From the NCBI GenBank assembly GCA_020633845.1, contig JACKCW010000003.1, positions 11,661-75,660 of the forward strand: 64,000 nucleotides of DNA, given 5' to 3'. The DNA comes from Bacillales bacterium (GTDB lineage: Bacteria; Bacillota_I; Bacilli_A; Izemoplasmatales; UBA1188). This document shows positions 36,070 to 46,081 of the stretch, in pieces. The stretch's first letter is position 1, and every line of letters starts with the position of its first letter. The notes beneath the pieces are model-generated. The model saw nothing but the letters and a program-made list of their open reading frames with translations. It was not told the origin of the DNA and made no database searches. The position numbers were made by a program, and so were the translations under genes.

Positions 36070-37368
36070 ATGAAAAAAATAATTGTTTTTTTGATAATTA
36101 TGGCTTTGACGCTTACTCTTAATATTAAAAACGTTAAAGCGGAAGAAAAAGTGGATGAACCTGTTTATTACACGCTTTTAGAATCATCGCTTAAAAACGG
36201 CGGTAAAATAGCCATCCAAAGAGAAAATGAAAACTTTACCTACCGGACGGTCCTAAACGATAAAACCGCGATGACGATTGATTTTGGCGGGATGAATATC
36301 GGCTGGGTTAAGTTTATGGAGTCATCTTCTTATTACCTATTTTTCGGGTCGTTAATGGATGATTTTAATGTTACGAAAACCTATCCTTATATTCTTCGAA
36401 TAAATAAGGATTTCAGCAATTATAAATTATACAAAAATATGGACGTGAGTGGACCCGCTTATTGTCTTTCACTTCTAGAGTTTTCAAGTGGTAAATTTAT
36501 TGTGACCGAATTTGTGGAAGGAAGATTCTCTTTTGGCATGTACCTTGGGTATTACCGTCTTTTCTCGATGGATGATGATTTAAATGTCTTATCGTCAATT
36601 GATATCGGCGATAAAGAATGTGATTTAAGTATCGCTTATGATGTGATTGAAATTAAAAGAACGGATAAAACTATCACCTATTTCGACAGGGAATTTAATA
36701 TCGTTTCTGATTATGATAGAGAAGTCACGGAATACGGAACTTTTGAGCTTTTAGCTCCTTCTTTAGTCAACGGAATAAGTTATGATATCGGCGCATCCTT
36801 TAATACTCCCGGCGAATATATTTTAAACGACGGATTGCACGAAGAAAGAATTGTGCACCTTTACCCGGAAATAAAAGGTGTTAAGGAAGGAGAAGAATAC
36901 GACGATTATATTGCTTATCAGATCTCCGGCGGTAATATTTATGTGAACGGGAACCCAGCCTATTTAAACGGAACAATAGCTGAGGTCGGTTCTTATACGA
37001 TAACGATTAAAGGATTAGGAGATTTTGAAGAAATTGTTAATTTTAAAATACTCCCGGCGCTTATATCGTCGATAGAAACTGGTGATTCATTAGATATCGG
37101 CGATGAAATACTTTTTACCGGTAAGGCGACATTAAACGGCGATGAAATAGAAAGCGGATATACTATTTTAAATGCTGGAGCTTACGAACTTTGTCTTTAT
37201 AGCGACGGTATCATCGAAAAAACTGTTTATTTCTCGGTGGCGGAAGAAGAAGTCAAGGAAAACAGTAAAGTTTGGGTTTATATCGTTGAAGGTCTTGCGG
37301 TAGTCTCTCTCGGGGTAACGTGTTTCTTTATTTTTCGAAGAAAAAAAGTAAAAAAAGCGACGAAATAG
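36070..37368 (+). CDS. secreted protein with C-terminal TM anchor, function unknown
   Basis: Signal peptide (…NVKA-EEK) and a C-terminal hydrophobic helix followed by RRKKVKK. Confidence 0.6.
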   Translation: MKKIIVFLIIMALTLTLNIKNVKAEEKVDEPVYYTLLESSLKNGGKIAIQRENENFTYRTVLNDKTAMTIDFGGMNIGWVKFMESSSYYLFFGSLMDDFNVTKTYPYILRINKDFSNYKLYKNMDVSGPAYCLSLLEFSSGKFIVTEFVEGRFSFGMYLGYYRLFSMDDDLNVLSSIDIGDKECDLSIAYDVIEIKRTDKTITYFDREFNIVSDYDREVTEYGTFELLAPSLVNGISYDIGASFNTPGEYILNDGLHEERIVHLYPEIKGVKEGEEYDDYIAYQISGGNIYVNGNPAYLNGTIAEVGSYTITIKGLGDFEEIVNFKILPALISSIETGDSLDIGDEILFTGKATLNGDEIESGYTILNAGAYELCLYSDGIIEKTVYFSVAEEEVKENSKVWVYIVEGLAVVSLGVTCFFIFRRKKVKKATK

Positions 37369-37446
37369 TGATGGGTTCCCTCTTTTAATTTACTTTACTC
37401 ATTTTATGGGTTAAAATGAGAGTGAAAAAAATTACGGAGGATTTTT

Positions 37447-38202
37447 ATGCCCTATTTTATTTATATTGTGATGTTTACATCAATCGTTCTTTCCGGTCTT
37501 TACATAGTCTTCAGCAAAAGCACAAAACCGCATATTTCTTTAATATTCAAAATCTTATCCAGTCTATCGTTTTTTGCTCTTTCAGTAGCGTCCGCTCTGG
37601 CGGTACTCGGCGGAATTTATGGTGATGAATTATTATTTATTATTTTGATGTTGGCTTCGGTATTTGTCGCTTTCGCTTCTGATCTCTTTAATGGCCTTAC
37701 AAGCGATGGATTAATTTTAAAGAAAGCCAATAAGACAAAGGTTAATGTTGCTTCTGAAATAGTATTCATGGCCTCTTTAGGCCTGGCTATTGCGGCTTCA
37801 ATAATTCTTCTCGGCTTTTCTTATTACACTCTTATTTTCTGGCTTATTCTGCTTATTCTCTTTTACTACGTTAATGTTGCGATCAATAAGACTGACTTTG
37901 GGAAAAACAAAACTTTCGTTTTAATATACGGCGCTTTTATTTCCTTCATTTTAGCGCAATCAATCGGCGCTCTTATCTTCAATTCTGTTTCGGATGGATC
38001 AGTTAATCAGATAGCTCTATTCCTTACTATTGGTTATTCTTTTGTTTATTTTTCCGACATCATCAAATTCAACGATCTCTTTGCGGTTAAAAAAGGCAAA
38101 GTTAATAAAAAAGAAGAAGAATCTTCAGGATACTTTGATTCGGCATTTTATTACATCGGAATGCTCCTTATTGCGCTTTCTATTGCGTTTATCTTCTTCT
38201 AG
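37447..38202 (+). CDS. polytopic membrane protein, function unknown
   Basis: About 7-8 TM helices and a GGAGG RBS. I cannot assign a family with confidence. Confidence 0.6.
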   Translation: MPYFIYIVMFTSIVLSGLYIVFSKSTKPHISLIFKILSSLSFFALSVASALAVLGGIYGDELLFIILMLASVFVAFASDLFNGLTSDGLILKKANKTKVNVASEIVFMASLGLAIAASIILLGFSYYTLIFWLILLILFYYVNVAINKTDFGKNKTFVLIYGAFISFILAQSIGALIFNSVSDGSVNQIALFLTIGYSFVYFSDIIKFNDLFAVKKGKVNKKEEESSGYFDSAFYYIGMLLIALSIAFIFF

Positions 38203-38261
38203 ACTTGTAAAAATTTGATTTTTATAGTACCCTAAAAGGGTATATAAAATGATGATGAAGA

Positions 38262-38473
38262 GCGCGGAACAAGTATGGTATAAACAAGAGAGCGGGGACT
38301 GGTGAAAAACCGTTATACGAAAACTGGGCCGGAATCACTTCGGAGTTGTTTGGGCGAACTAAAAGTAACTCAAACCGGGATGAACCGTTACATTCAAGAC
38401 ATATGATAGTATGTTTAAATAAGTGGTTATGAACGAATAAAATCTTCATCTTGTTTAAGGTGGAGATTTTTTA
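38262..38473 (+). promoter_or_regulatory. T-box riboswitch leader, Ile specifier (AUC)
   Basis: Stem I AGAGAG ... GGTGAAA elements at 38287-38308 and a specifier-loop GGAATCA with ATC at 38334-38336. A T-box-like AAATAAGTGGTTATGAACG sits near 38417-38435. The terminator AAAATCTTCA...TGGAGATTTTTT ends at 38472, directly upstream of ileS. Confidence 0.7.
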
Positions 38474-38494
38474 TTTAAGAGAGAGGTTTTATTT

Positions 38495-41400
38495 ATGTAT
38501 GAAAAAGTGGATATATCCAAAAAAGTAACCGAAAGAGAAAATGAGATATCGGCATTTTGGGAGAAAAACGATATCTTCAACGAGTCGATAAAATTAAGAG
38601 AAGGTTGTCCGACTTTTACTTTTTTCGATGGTCCTCCGACGGCAAACGGCAAGCCGCATATCGGCCACGTGATCACAAGAGCGATAAAAGACTTAATCCC
38701 GCGATATAAAACAATGAAGGGTTATCAAGTCTTAAGAAAAGCCGGATGGGACACTCACGGACTGCCGGTGGAACTGGAAGTCGAAAAACAACTGGGATTT
38801 TCCGGGAAAGATAAAATAGAAGAATACGGGATTGCGCCTTTCATCGACAAATGTAAAGAAAGCGTCTTTAAATATGAAAGTATGTGGGAAGAGTTTTCTA
38901 AGAAAGTCGGTTTTTGGGCGGATATGAAAAACCCTTATGTAACCTACTCTAATGACTATATCGAGTCGGAATGGTGGGCTTTAAAGAAGATATATGAGAA
39001 AGGTCTTCTTTATAAGGGATATAAAATAGTGCCTTATTGTCCTAGATGCGGAACTCCTCTTGCCTCTCACGAAGTGGCACAGGGATATAAAGACGTCAAA
39101 GAAAAAACATGTATCGCTAAATTTAAATTAAGAGACCTTGACGCCTACTTTTTAGCTTGGACGACAACACCTTGGACACTTCCTTCAAACGTGGCGCTTT
39201 GCGTTAACCCATCTGAAGAGTATTCGCTCGTTAAAGCGGGAGAAGAAAAATATATTTTAGCTTCGGCTCTTATCCAATCGGTATTTAAAGAAAAAGAAGT
39301 TGAAGTGCTTAAAACATATCAAGGTAAGGATTTGGAATATACCAAATACGAACCTCTTTATGATTTTAAAAATCTTTATGATGATGCTTACTATGTAACC
39401 TGCGCTTCTTATGTAACCCTAACGGAAGGAACCGGTATTGTTCATATCGCTCCGGCTTTCGGACAAGACGACTATAATGTCGGAAGAAAATATCATCTTC
39501 CTTTCCTTCAACTGGTGGATTCTAAAGGCGAGATGGATGAAGCTACGCTTTGGCCGCATGTCTTTTGTAAGAACGCTGATGAACTGATCATGAAGAATTT
39601 AAAAGAAAGAAACTTGCTTTTCAAAGTTATGAGTGTTGAGCACTCCTATCCTTTCTGTTGGCGTTGCGGAACTCCTCTTGTTTATTACGCAAGAGACTCC
39701 TGGTATATTGAAATGACCAAACTGAAAGAAGAAATGATCGAAAACAATAATAAAATCAACTGGATACCGGATTCAATCGGTAAAGGAAGATTTGGGGATT
39801 GGCTCGAAAATATTCAAGACTGGAGTTTATCAAGAAACAGATACTGGGGAACACCGCTTAATATTTGGATTAACGATAAAACCAAAGATATGGTTTCCGT
39901 TGGTTCCATAAAAGAATTAAAAGAATTATCCGGATTAATTAAGGACATTGAACTGCATAGACCTTATATTGATGAAGTGACTTGGGAAGATAAAGTAAAC
40001 GGCGGGACATATAGAAGAGTGGAAGAAGTTATTGACTGTTGGTTTGATTCCGGTTCGATGCCTTTTGCCCAGTGGCATTATCCTTTTGAAAACGAAGATG
40101 TCTTTAAATCTCATTTCCCGGCTGATTTCATTTCGGAAGCCGTTGATCAGACAAGAGGATGGTTCTATACTCTTCTTGCGATTTCGACCTTAATTTTTGA
40201 TCAAGAAGCTTTTAAAAACGTTATAGTGCTCGGTCTTGTCCTCGATGAGAACGGTCAAAAAATGTCCAAATCTAAAGGAAACAGCGTTGACCCGATGCAG
40301 GTATTAAATAAATTCGGGGCGGATGCGACCAGGTGGTTTTTCTATGAAACATCGGCGCCGTGGATATCAAAAAGTATTAGTGACGACGCGATTCTTGATG
40401 GCCAGAAAAAATATCTCAATACTCTTTATAATACTTATTCATTCTTTGTCTTATATGCGAATATTGATAATTTTAACCCGAAGGAATATAAACTTGACTA
40501 TGAAAACTTACCGGCCATGGACCGTTGGCTTTTATCTAAACTAAATTCTCTAATCGCCTTTGTGGACGACTCTTTAAACCAGTATAAAATCTTAGAGCCT
40601 TCAAGAGCGATTGAAGAATTTGTGGAAGAACTTTCCAATTGGTATGTCAGAAGATCAAGAGACAGATTCTGGGCCAAAGGTATGGAAAAAGACAAGATTG
40701 ACGCTTATATGACCTTGTATACTACTCTTGTCGATATCTCTAAACTAGTTGCGCCTTTTTCTCCGTTTATGGCGGAAGAAATCTATCGGAATTTGGTTTG
40801 TTCTATAGATAGCGCGGCCAAGAAGAGTGTTCACTTAACCTCATATCCGGTTGTTCATAAGGAATATATTGATAAAACTCTAGAAGAAGAGATGGACGAA
40901 GTTTTAGAGGTAGTACAACTTGGAAGAGCGGTAAGAGCGGAAAAGGTTATTAAGAACCGTCAGCCTTTAAGAAAAATGTTTGTCGTGGGCGGAGAAACAC
41001 TAAACGATTATTACGCTTCGATAATTGAAGACGAACTGAATGTTAAAGAGATTTCCTATACGGAAGAACTTTCTTCTTTTGTAAAACACAATCTTAAATT
41101 AAACTTCCATTCAGCCGGTCCTAAACTTTCGAAAGACGTCATGAAAGTTAAAACGGCTCTCGAAGCTTTAAATCAAGAAAAAGCTTATGAAAGTTTCCAA
41201 AAAACCGGCGAACTTCAAATCCTCGGCTTTACGCTTTTAAAAGAGGATCTTATTGTTGAAACCTTGGAAGCCTCAGGCTATGCTTCTCAATCGGACGGCA
41301 AAATTACGGTAGTCCTCGATACCGCCTTAGATGATGAACTCGTCTTTGAAGGTTATGTTAGGGAACTGGTTTCCAAGATACAACTTGAAAGAAAAGAAGC

Positions 41401-41608
41401 CGGCTTCGAAGTGGTTGACCATATCAGGTTATCTTTTGTAGGCGATAAAGAATTAATCGAGGTGGCCAAAAAGTATGAGGATAAAATTGCTTCTCAGACT
41501 CTAGCCGATAATGTATCATATGAGACGCTCTCCGGTTACACCAAAAAATGGGAAATATCTCCGTACCAGATAGAAATCGGGGTAGAAGTAATAAGAGGAC
41601 AAAAATGA
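38495..41608 (+). CDS. ileS: isoleucine--tRNA ligase
   Basis: HIGH motif (PHIGHV), KMSKS motif (QKMSKSKGN). 1037 aa. Confidence 0.97.
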   Translation: MYEKVDISKKVTERENEISAFWEKNDIFNESIKLREGCPTFTFFDGPPTANGKPHIGHVITRAIKDLIPRYKTMKGYQVLRKAGWDTHGLPVELEVEKQLGFSGKDKIEEYGIAPFIDKCKESVFKYESMWEEFSKKVGFWADMKNPYVTYSNDYIESEWWALKKIYEKGLLYKGYKIVPYCPRCGTPLASHEVAQGYKDVKEKTCIAKFKLRDLDAYFLAWTTTPWTLPSNVALCVNPSEEYSLVKAGEEKYILASALIQSVFKEKEVEVLKTYQGKDLEYTKYEPLYDFKNLYDDAYYVTCASYVTLTEGTGIVHIAPAFGQDDYNVGRKYHLPFLQLVDSKGEMDEATLWPHVFCKNADELIMKNLKERNLLFKVMSVEHSYPFCWRCGTPLVYYARDSWYIEMTKLKEEMIENNNKINWIPDSIGKGRFGDWLENIQDWSLSRNRYWGTPLNIWINDKTKDMVSVGSIKELKELSGLIKDIELHRPYIDEVTWEDKVNGGTYRRVEEVIDCWFDSGSMPFAQWHYPFENEDVFKSHFPADFISEAVDQTRGWFYTLLAISTLIFDQEAFKNVIVLGLVLDENGQKMSKSKGNSVDPMQVLNKFGADATRWFFYETSAPWISKSISDDAILDGQKKYLNTLYNTYSFFVLYANIDNFNPKEYKLDYENLPAMDRWLLSKLNSLIAFVDDSLNQYKILEPSRAIEEFVEELSNWYVRRSRDRFWAKGMEKDKIDAYMTLYTTLVDISKLVAPFSPFMAEEIYRNLVCSIDSAAKKSVHLTSYPVVHKEYIDKTLEEEMDEVLEVVQLGRAVRAEKVIKNRQPLRKMFVVGGETLNDYYASIIEDELNVKEISYTEELSSFVKHNLKLNFHSAGPKLSKDVMKVKTALEALNQEKAYESFQKTGELQILGFTLLKEDLIVETLEASGYASQSDGKITVVLDTALDDELVFEGYVRELVSKIQLERKEAGFEVVDHIRLSFVGDKELIEVAKKYEDKIASQTLADNVSYETLSGYTKKWEISPYQIEIGVEVIRGQK

Positions 41609-41847
41609 ATTACGAATATCCGCTGGACTATGAAACATACTCGGTTAAAGACATCGAAAAAATAATTGATTTTCTTTCCTATCTTGAAGATAATCTCAAA
41701 GTGTTAGATCCGGATACTTTTAAAAAGAAATACAACATCTACAGAAATACTTTGTCTTCAATAAAAGAAGAAAAAAGAATTGATAAAGAATTTACATCTT
41801 TATCTGGTATTTCGATTTATAAGACCGCTAAAAAGTTTGGCCTTTAA
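41605..41847 (+). CDS. UPF0223 family protein (YktA-like)
   Basis: The ATG at 41605 overlaps the ileS TGA (ATGA). MNYEYPLDYETYSVKDIEKIIDF resembles UPF0223. The upstream part of ORF-track 41548 lies inside ileS. Confidence 0.6.
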   Translation: MNYEYPLDYETYSVKDIEKIIDFLSYLEDNLKVLDPDTFKKKYNIYRNTLSSIKEEKRIDKEFTSLSGISIYKTAKKFGL

Positions 41848-42069
41848 TCAATAAATAAAACGTCATATGAACAACTTGTGAACGGAATAATGTTTTAAAA
41901 AAAAGAATTGTTCATATATAATATGGCTATAGCCAAAAAGAAAACACGTAATCAAAAACTTTTCTTCTAATTATTTTCTAAACCAAATAAGTGTTTGGTT
42001 TTGGAAAATTGTTTGACATATTTATTAGAAAATAAAAAGAGTAATATAATTGCGTATTGAGGAGAAAAA

Positions 42070-42297
42070 ATGATAAAAAGAGTCGAATTATTAATATATT
42101 TCAATTATCGAAGTGACACATCTACTTATCTTAAGTCACTTAATTTGACAATTCAATATATTAATAAAAAAATGGGATATGCAGTTTGTTACCTAGACGA
42201 AGAGAGTTTAAAAAGCACCACGGAAAAAATAAAACGGATGAGAGGATTTAAAAAGTACGAGATTTCACCATCGGTTTTAGTCGATCTTCCAATATAA
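42070..42297 (+). CDS. UPF0298/DUF2129 family protein (YlbG-like)
   Basis: 75 aa. The pattern ...YINKKMGYAVCYLDEE...KIKRMRGFKKYEISP matches my memory of YlbG. Confidence 0.55.
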   Translation: MIKRVELLIYFNYRSDTSTYLKSLNLTIQYINKKMGYAVCYLDEESLKSTTEKIKRMRGFKKYEISPSVLVDLPI

Positions 42298-42304
42298 AAA
42301 TATG

Positions 42305-42341
42305 TGACTGTCAATATATTTTACTTGACAGTCATTTTTTT
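42305..42341 (+). terminator. rho-independent terminator after the ylbG-like gene
   Basis: TGACTGTCAA-N10-TTGACAGTCA followed by T7. Confidence 0.7.
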
Positions 42342-42353
42342 AAGAATTACAAT
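42325..42353 (+). promoter_or_regulatory. sigma-A promoter of rpsP (TTGACA-N17-TACAAT) embedded in the preceding terminator
   Basis: TTGACA at 42325-42330 and TACAAT at 42348-42353, with a 17-nt spacer. Lies 29 nt upstream of the rpsP ATG. Confidence 0.6.
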
Positions 42354-42382
42354 ATGATTGTAAATAATTAGGAGGAAATTCT

Positions 42383-42658
42383 ATGGTAAAACTCAGACTT
42401 CAAAGATTCGGTGCGGCTAAAAAACCGTTCTACCGTATTGTAGCAGCGGACGCTCTTGTAAAACGTGACGGACGCTTTTTGGAAATAGTCGGAACATATG
42501 ATCCGGCCAACAAAAACAAGGAACTTCAGGTTCAACTTGATACCGAAAAGGTATTGAACTGGTTAAAAGTCGGCGCTCAGCCAACGGATACCGTTAAAAG
42601 CATTCTTAGAAAAGAAGGCGTTCTGAAGGAATTTGCTGAATCAAAAGAATCAAAGTAG
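42383..42658 (+). CDS. rpsP: 30S ribosomal protein S16
   Basis: [25 protein letters not shown]-terminus. Confidence 0.97.
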   Translation: MVKLRLQRFGAAKKPFYRIVAADALVKRDGRFLEIVGTYDPANKNKELQVQLDTEKVLNWLKVGAQPTDTVKSILRKEGVLKEFAESKESK

Positions 42659-42667
42659 GGTGACTCG

Positions 42668-42919
42668 ATGAAAACAGAATTTGAACAATTGCTGTTAGAG
42701 CTGGTTAAACCCCTGGTTACTAACCCAGATGATGTTTCAATTTCTTCTTTTGTCGATGTTGATGAATCAATCGTGCTCCAGGTCCTTGTGAATAAGGACG
42801 ACCTTGGAAGGGTCATCGGAAAGGGCGGGCGTATCGCTAACGCCATTAGAACCATCTGTTATGCAAGCGCCACAAGAGCTGGCAAAAAGATTAATATTGA
42901 ATTTGATTCTTACGAATAA
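42668..42919 (+). CDS. KH domain-containing RNA-binding protein (YlqC family)
   Basis: GRVIGKGGRIANAIR is a GXXG KH motif. Conserved position downstream of rpsP. Confidence 0.85.
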   Translation: MKTEFEQLLLELVKPLVTNPDDVSISSFVDVDESIVLQVLVNKDDLGRVIGKGGRIANAIRTICYASATRAGKKINIEFDSYE

Positions 42920-42969
42920 AGACAGCCATCGGCTGTTTTTATTTTGCTTTTTTGTAATATAATTAAGAT

Positions 42970-43386
42970 ATGAAAGAAATTATTGCGTGCTCCGCCTGTC
43001 TTTTGGGCCTTAATACCAAATATGACTCTTTAAACAATTTTAATCAAAAAGTATTTGCTTATCTTCGGGATAAAACCGTAATCGTTATTTGTCCCGAAGT
43101 TTTCGGCGGTTTACTAATACCCAGAAATCCTTCGGAAATAAGAGGAGAAAAACTTTACGATAACTTTGGTAAAGACGTCAGTGAATATTTTATGAAGGGA
43201 GCGGAGGAAACTCTTTCTCTTCTTAAAAGGTATGGATGCACGAAAGCGATATTAAAAGATGGTTCCCCTTCTTGCGGAACAACCTATATTTACGATGGGA
43301 CTTTTACATCTACTTTGAAAAAAGGACTCGGTATAACCGCTAAACTATTAATAGAAAACGGTATCGAGATAATTGAAATAGAATGA
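42970..43386 (+). CDS. DUF523 (TudS/YbbK-like) Cys-rich protein
   Basis: CSACLLGLNTKYD N-terminus, plus CPE and SPSCG cysteines typical of DUF523. Confidence 0.65.
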   Translation: MKEIIACSACLLGLNTKYDSLNNFNQKVFAYLRDKTVIVICPEVFGGLLIPRNPSEIRGEKLYDNFGKDVSEYFMKGAEETLSLLKRYGCTKAILKDGSPSCGTTYIYDGTFTSTLKKGLGITAKLLIENGIEIIEIE

Positions 43387-44330
43387 AAACAAAAAAGCTT
43401 GTCACCCTGGCTGGTCTTTTATCAATCGCCGTTGTCCTCGGCATTGTCGAATCATTTATTCCTCTAGGGATTCCGGGAGTTAAACTTGGCCTCGCCAATA
43501 TCGTGACTCTATTGGTTTTTTATATCTATTCTCCGAAAGAAGCTTTTCTAGTTCTTATCCTCAGAATCTTTTTGGTCGGTCTTCTTTATTCCGGTCTTCT
43601 TTCTCAGGCTTTTCTTTTATCGCTTTCAGGCGGTATTTTTGCCTTCCTTCTAATGTGGATGCTCTACGCCATTAAAAAGAGTTCGATTGTCACAATCAGC
43701 GTCATCGGAGCTATCGGGCACTCCATCGGTCAGATTGCTCTTGCGGCCTTTATTCTCGAAAGCACCTCGCTTATTTATTATTTACCGTTAATGCTTTCGG
43801 TATCAATACCATCCGGGATAATTACCGGAATTATCGGAAGACTAATACTAAAAGCCCTCAAAATAAATCTCGGTAAAACAAGAACCGTCTCGTTTGTTGT
43901 TTTTTCTTTGGCTTTTGCCTTATCGCTTACCGGTTTTATCTTAATGGTGTCTTATAATAAGAAAAGTGATGAAGGGACCATTGCCACTATCACTTATGCT
44001 AACGAAACAATTATGAAAATATCTTTAGATGATCCTTCGGATTATAAAACCTATGCGGCATCAGAAGGAGTATTTGAAGAATACGAAGAAAGCGAAGGTT
44101 CTTTCCTATATACCTTTAGTGTCTATAATAAGGATGAAAAAGAAACCTATGATTTGATAGTTGAGGTTAAAGACAATGAAATAAGGATTAAAGACGAAAC
44201 CTCTTCTAAACATATTTGTAGTAGGATGGGTTACATCAGTTCCAAATACGAGAGTCTGGTTTGTCTTCCTAACCAATTCATTATTACTTTAAATGATTAT
44301 AAACTTGATGAGATTGATGCTGTAATGTAG
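43383..44330 (+). CDS. Gx transporter family membrane domain fused to a NusG_II-like extracytoplasmic domain
   Basis: The N-terminal 5 TM resemble heptaprenyl diphosphate synthase component I / Gx transporter proteins. An extra TM is followed by a ~130-aa beta-rich domain. ATGA start/stop overlap with the DUF523 gene. Confidence 0.5.
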   Translation: MKTKKLVTLAGLLSIAVVLGIVESFIPLGIPGVKLGLANIVTLLVFYIYSPKEAFLVLILRIFLVGLLYSGLLSQAFLLSLSGGIFAFLLMWMLYAIKKSSIVTISVIGAIGHSIGQIALAAFILESTSLIYYLPLMLSVSIPSGIITGIIGRLILKALKINLGKTRTVSFVVFSLAFALSLTGFILMVSYNKKSDEGTIATITYANETIMKISLDDPSDYKTYAASEGVFEEYEESEGSFLYTFSVYNKDEKETYDLIVEVKDNEIRIKDETSSKHICSRMGYISSKYESLVCLPNQFIITLNDYKLDEIDAVM

Positions 44331-44332
44331 AA

Positions 44333-44358
44333 AAAAACGCCTTAGTGGCGTTTTTTAA
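44333..44358. terminator. bidirectional terminator
   Basis: AAAAACGCC-ttagt-GGCGTTTTT. Confidence 0.7.
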
Positions 44359-45485
44359 CTTCCGTAATCAATTAATTCAAAACCATCTTCCACCGTCACG
44401 ATATCTTTTAAACCCGGGGTTATAACCACTTGATTACTAGTGGTATAAAAGATAGCTTCAACCCCTTCATGATTTATCACAAAATCATAGCCTTTTTCGA
44501 GTCCCATCATGAAGATGGCGGTGGAGTAAATATCACCTAAGGCACCATTTTCCATAATAATGGTGACGGCTCTGATATCGGTATCAACCGGGTAATTTGT
44601 ATTAGAATCAAGAATATGACAATATCTTTTAGAATTATAGGTTATATATTGTTGGTAATCGCCGCTCGTGATAATCGAATAGTTAAGCGGAAGAATGATT
44701 GTTGCATAATAAGATTTAGCCTCATCTAGTGCATCACAGCCAACTGATGCCGGATTTTGTAAGGCCACAATATACTGGTTATTCTTTCTTGACGGGTTCC
44801 CGATATTAGTTTTGATATTGGAACTGCCGGCATTAAGGATGTATTTTATGTCGTTTTCCTCATAATATGATGATAAAATCTCTGATACATAGCCTTTGGC
44901 CACGCCGCCCATGTCGAGACTCATACTTGATGGAATTTTGATTGTCAGATTCTCTTCGTTCATTTCGATTTTACTGACATCGGTGTCGTAAGATTGAAGA
45001 AGAAGAGAAGCATCGGGTAAAACCGCATCTCCACTCCCACAGGAAGTGGCTTCGTTATACTCACTAAAAATGGGATGCCAGAGATCACTTATTTTACCGA
45101 TGCCGATGGTAAAGTAAGGATGAGAGTTTTCGTCGACGATTTTCTCTCCTTCATTTATCGCGAAGTCGATAGCGTCGTATAGCTCCCTAGAAATTGTTAT
45201 GGTTTCACCGGCATTCTCGTTTATAGTGAATATGCCGACTTCATTACCGGTTTCTTCTTCGTATCGGTTGAAAAGGATATGATATTCTTTAAGAACGGTA
45301 TTGGTGTAATCAAATACTGTTTCCGCTTCTTTTTCGGATTTTGCGTATATTTTTAAAGTGATTATCGTATCGAAATAAGAGTAAGCGATAGTGAAATCTT
45401 TAAGGGCACAAGATGAAAGAGCGAAAACGAAAAATAATAAAACCGGAATTGTTAAGAAAGAAAGAAATTTACTATATTTTCTCAT
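44355..45485 (-). CDS. apbE: FAD:protein FMN transferase (ApbE family) lipoprotein
   Basis: Lipobox LSSC. ApbE-like MGGVAKGY motif and the overall pattern. Confidence 0.8.
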   Translation of the reverse strand: MRKYSKFLSFLTIPVLLFFVFALSSCALKDFTIAYSYFDTIITLKIYAKSEKEAETVFDYTNTVLKEYHILFNRYEEETGNEVGIFTINENAGETITISRELYDAIDFAINEGEKIVDENSHPYFTIGIGKISDLWHPIFSEYNEATSCGSGDAVLPDASLLLQSYDTDVSKIEMNEENLTIKIPSSMSLDMGGVAKGYVSEILSSYYEENDIKYILNAGSSNIKTNIGNPSRKNNQYIVALQNPASVGCDALDEAKSYYATIILPLNYSIITSGDYQQYITYNSKRYCHILDSNTNYPVDTDIRAVTIIMENGALGDIYSTAIFMMGLEKGYDFVINHEGVEAIFYTTSNQVVITPGLKDIVTVEDGFELIDYGS

Positions 45486-46081
45486 AGGTATATTTCCTCC
45501 TCTTTATAACCTATTTGGCGGTATGAGGAAGAAAAAGAAAGAAGCAGGTTTTTATATTTTAGGTAGTCATCTTGGAGGACTCTCAGTGTGTATACTACAT
45601 TATCTTGATATTCTTTTTCGATTGAAATAGGATTATCCATAATCTTATCAAAACGGGAAGCGTCCTGGTAAGACAAAGAAAAACTAAAAAGAACCGTTTT
45701 CTTAAGGAATATAAACTGGGCTTTAAGAAGCGCATCACTTAAGGTTGACGAATAGGCTCTAACGAGCCCGCCCTTCCCTAGTTTTATACCACCGAAATAA
45801 CGAACAGTTAAAGAAAGCACATTATCTAGTTCCATTTTATGAAGAATATCCATCATGACTCTTCCAGCCGTCCCCTTCGGTTCTTTATCGTCGGATGATT
45901 TTTCGGTTTCTTTTAAAATGTAGGCATAAACTATGTGGGTCGCATCATAATATTGTTTTCTCATGGAGGAAATAATATTTTTAATTTCATCTAAAGAATT
46001 AATCGGAAAAACAAACGTTATAAAACGCGACTTATTGATGACTATTTCATTTAAAACGGTATCTTTGATTGTCTTTTTCAT
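45482..46081 (-). CDS. YigZ/IMPACT family protein
   Basis: Start at 46081 (MKKTIKD). INKSRF, ATHIVYAY, DDKEPKGTAG and RYFGGIKLGKGGLVRAY motifs. 4-nt overlap with apbE. Confidence 0.85.
   Translation of the reverse strand: MKKTIKDTVLNEIVINKSRFITFVFPINSLDEIKNIISSMRKQYYDATHIVYAYILKETEKSSDDKEPKGTAGRVMMDILHKMELDNVLSLTVRYFGGIKLGKGGLVRAYSSTLSDALLKAQFIFLKKTVLFSFSLSYQDASRFDKIMDNPISIEKEYQDNVVYTLRVLQDDYLKYKNLLLSFSSSYRQIGYKEEEIYL

Noticed and set aside
38222-38676. Minus-strand ORFs 38222..38449 and 38455..38676
   Set aside because: They overlap the T-box leader and the 5' end of ileS on the opposite strand. They have no RBS and are better explained as a structured RNA region.
41548-41604. Upstream extension of the UPF0223 ORF (start at 41548)
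   Set aside because: This part lies inside ileS in another frame. The ATG at 41605 gives the conserved MNYEYP N-terminus and an ATGA stop/start overlap.
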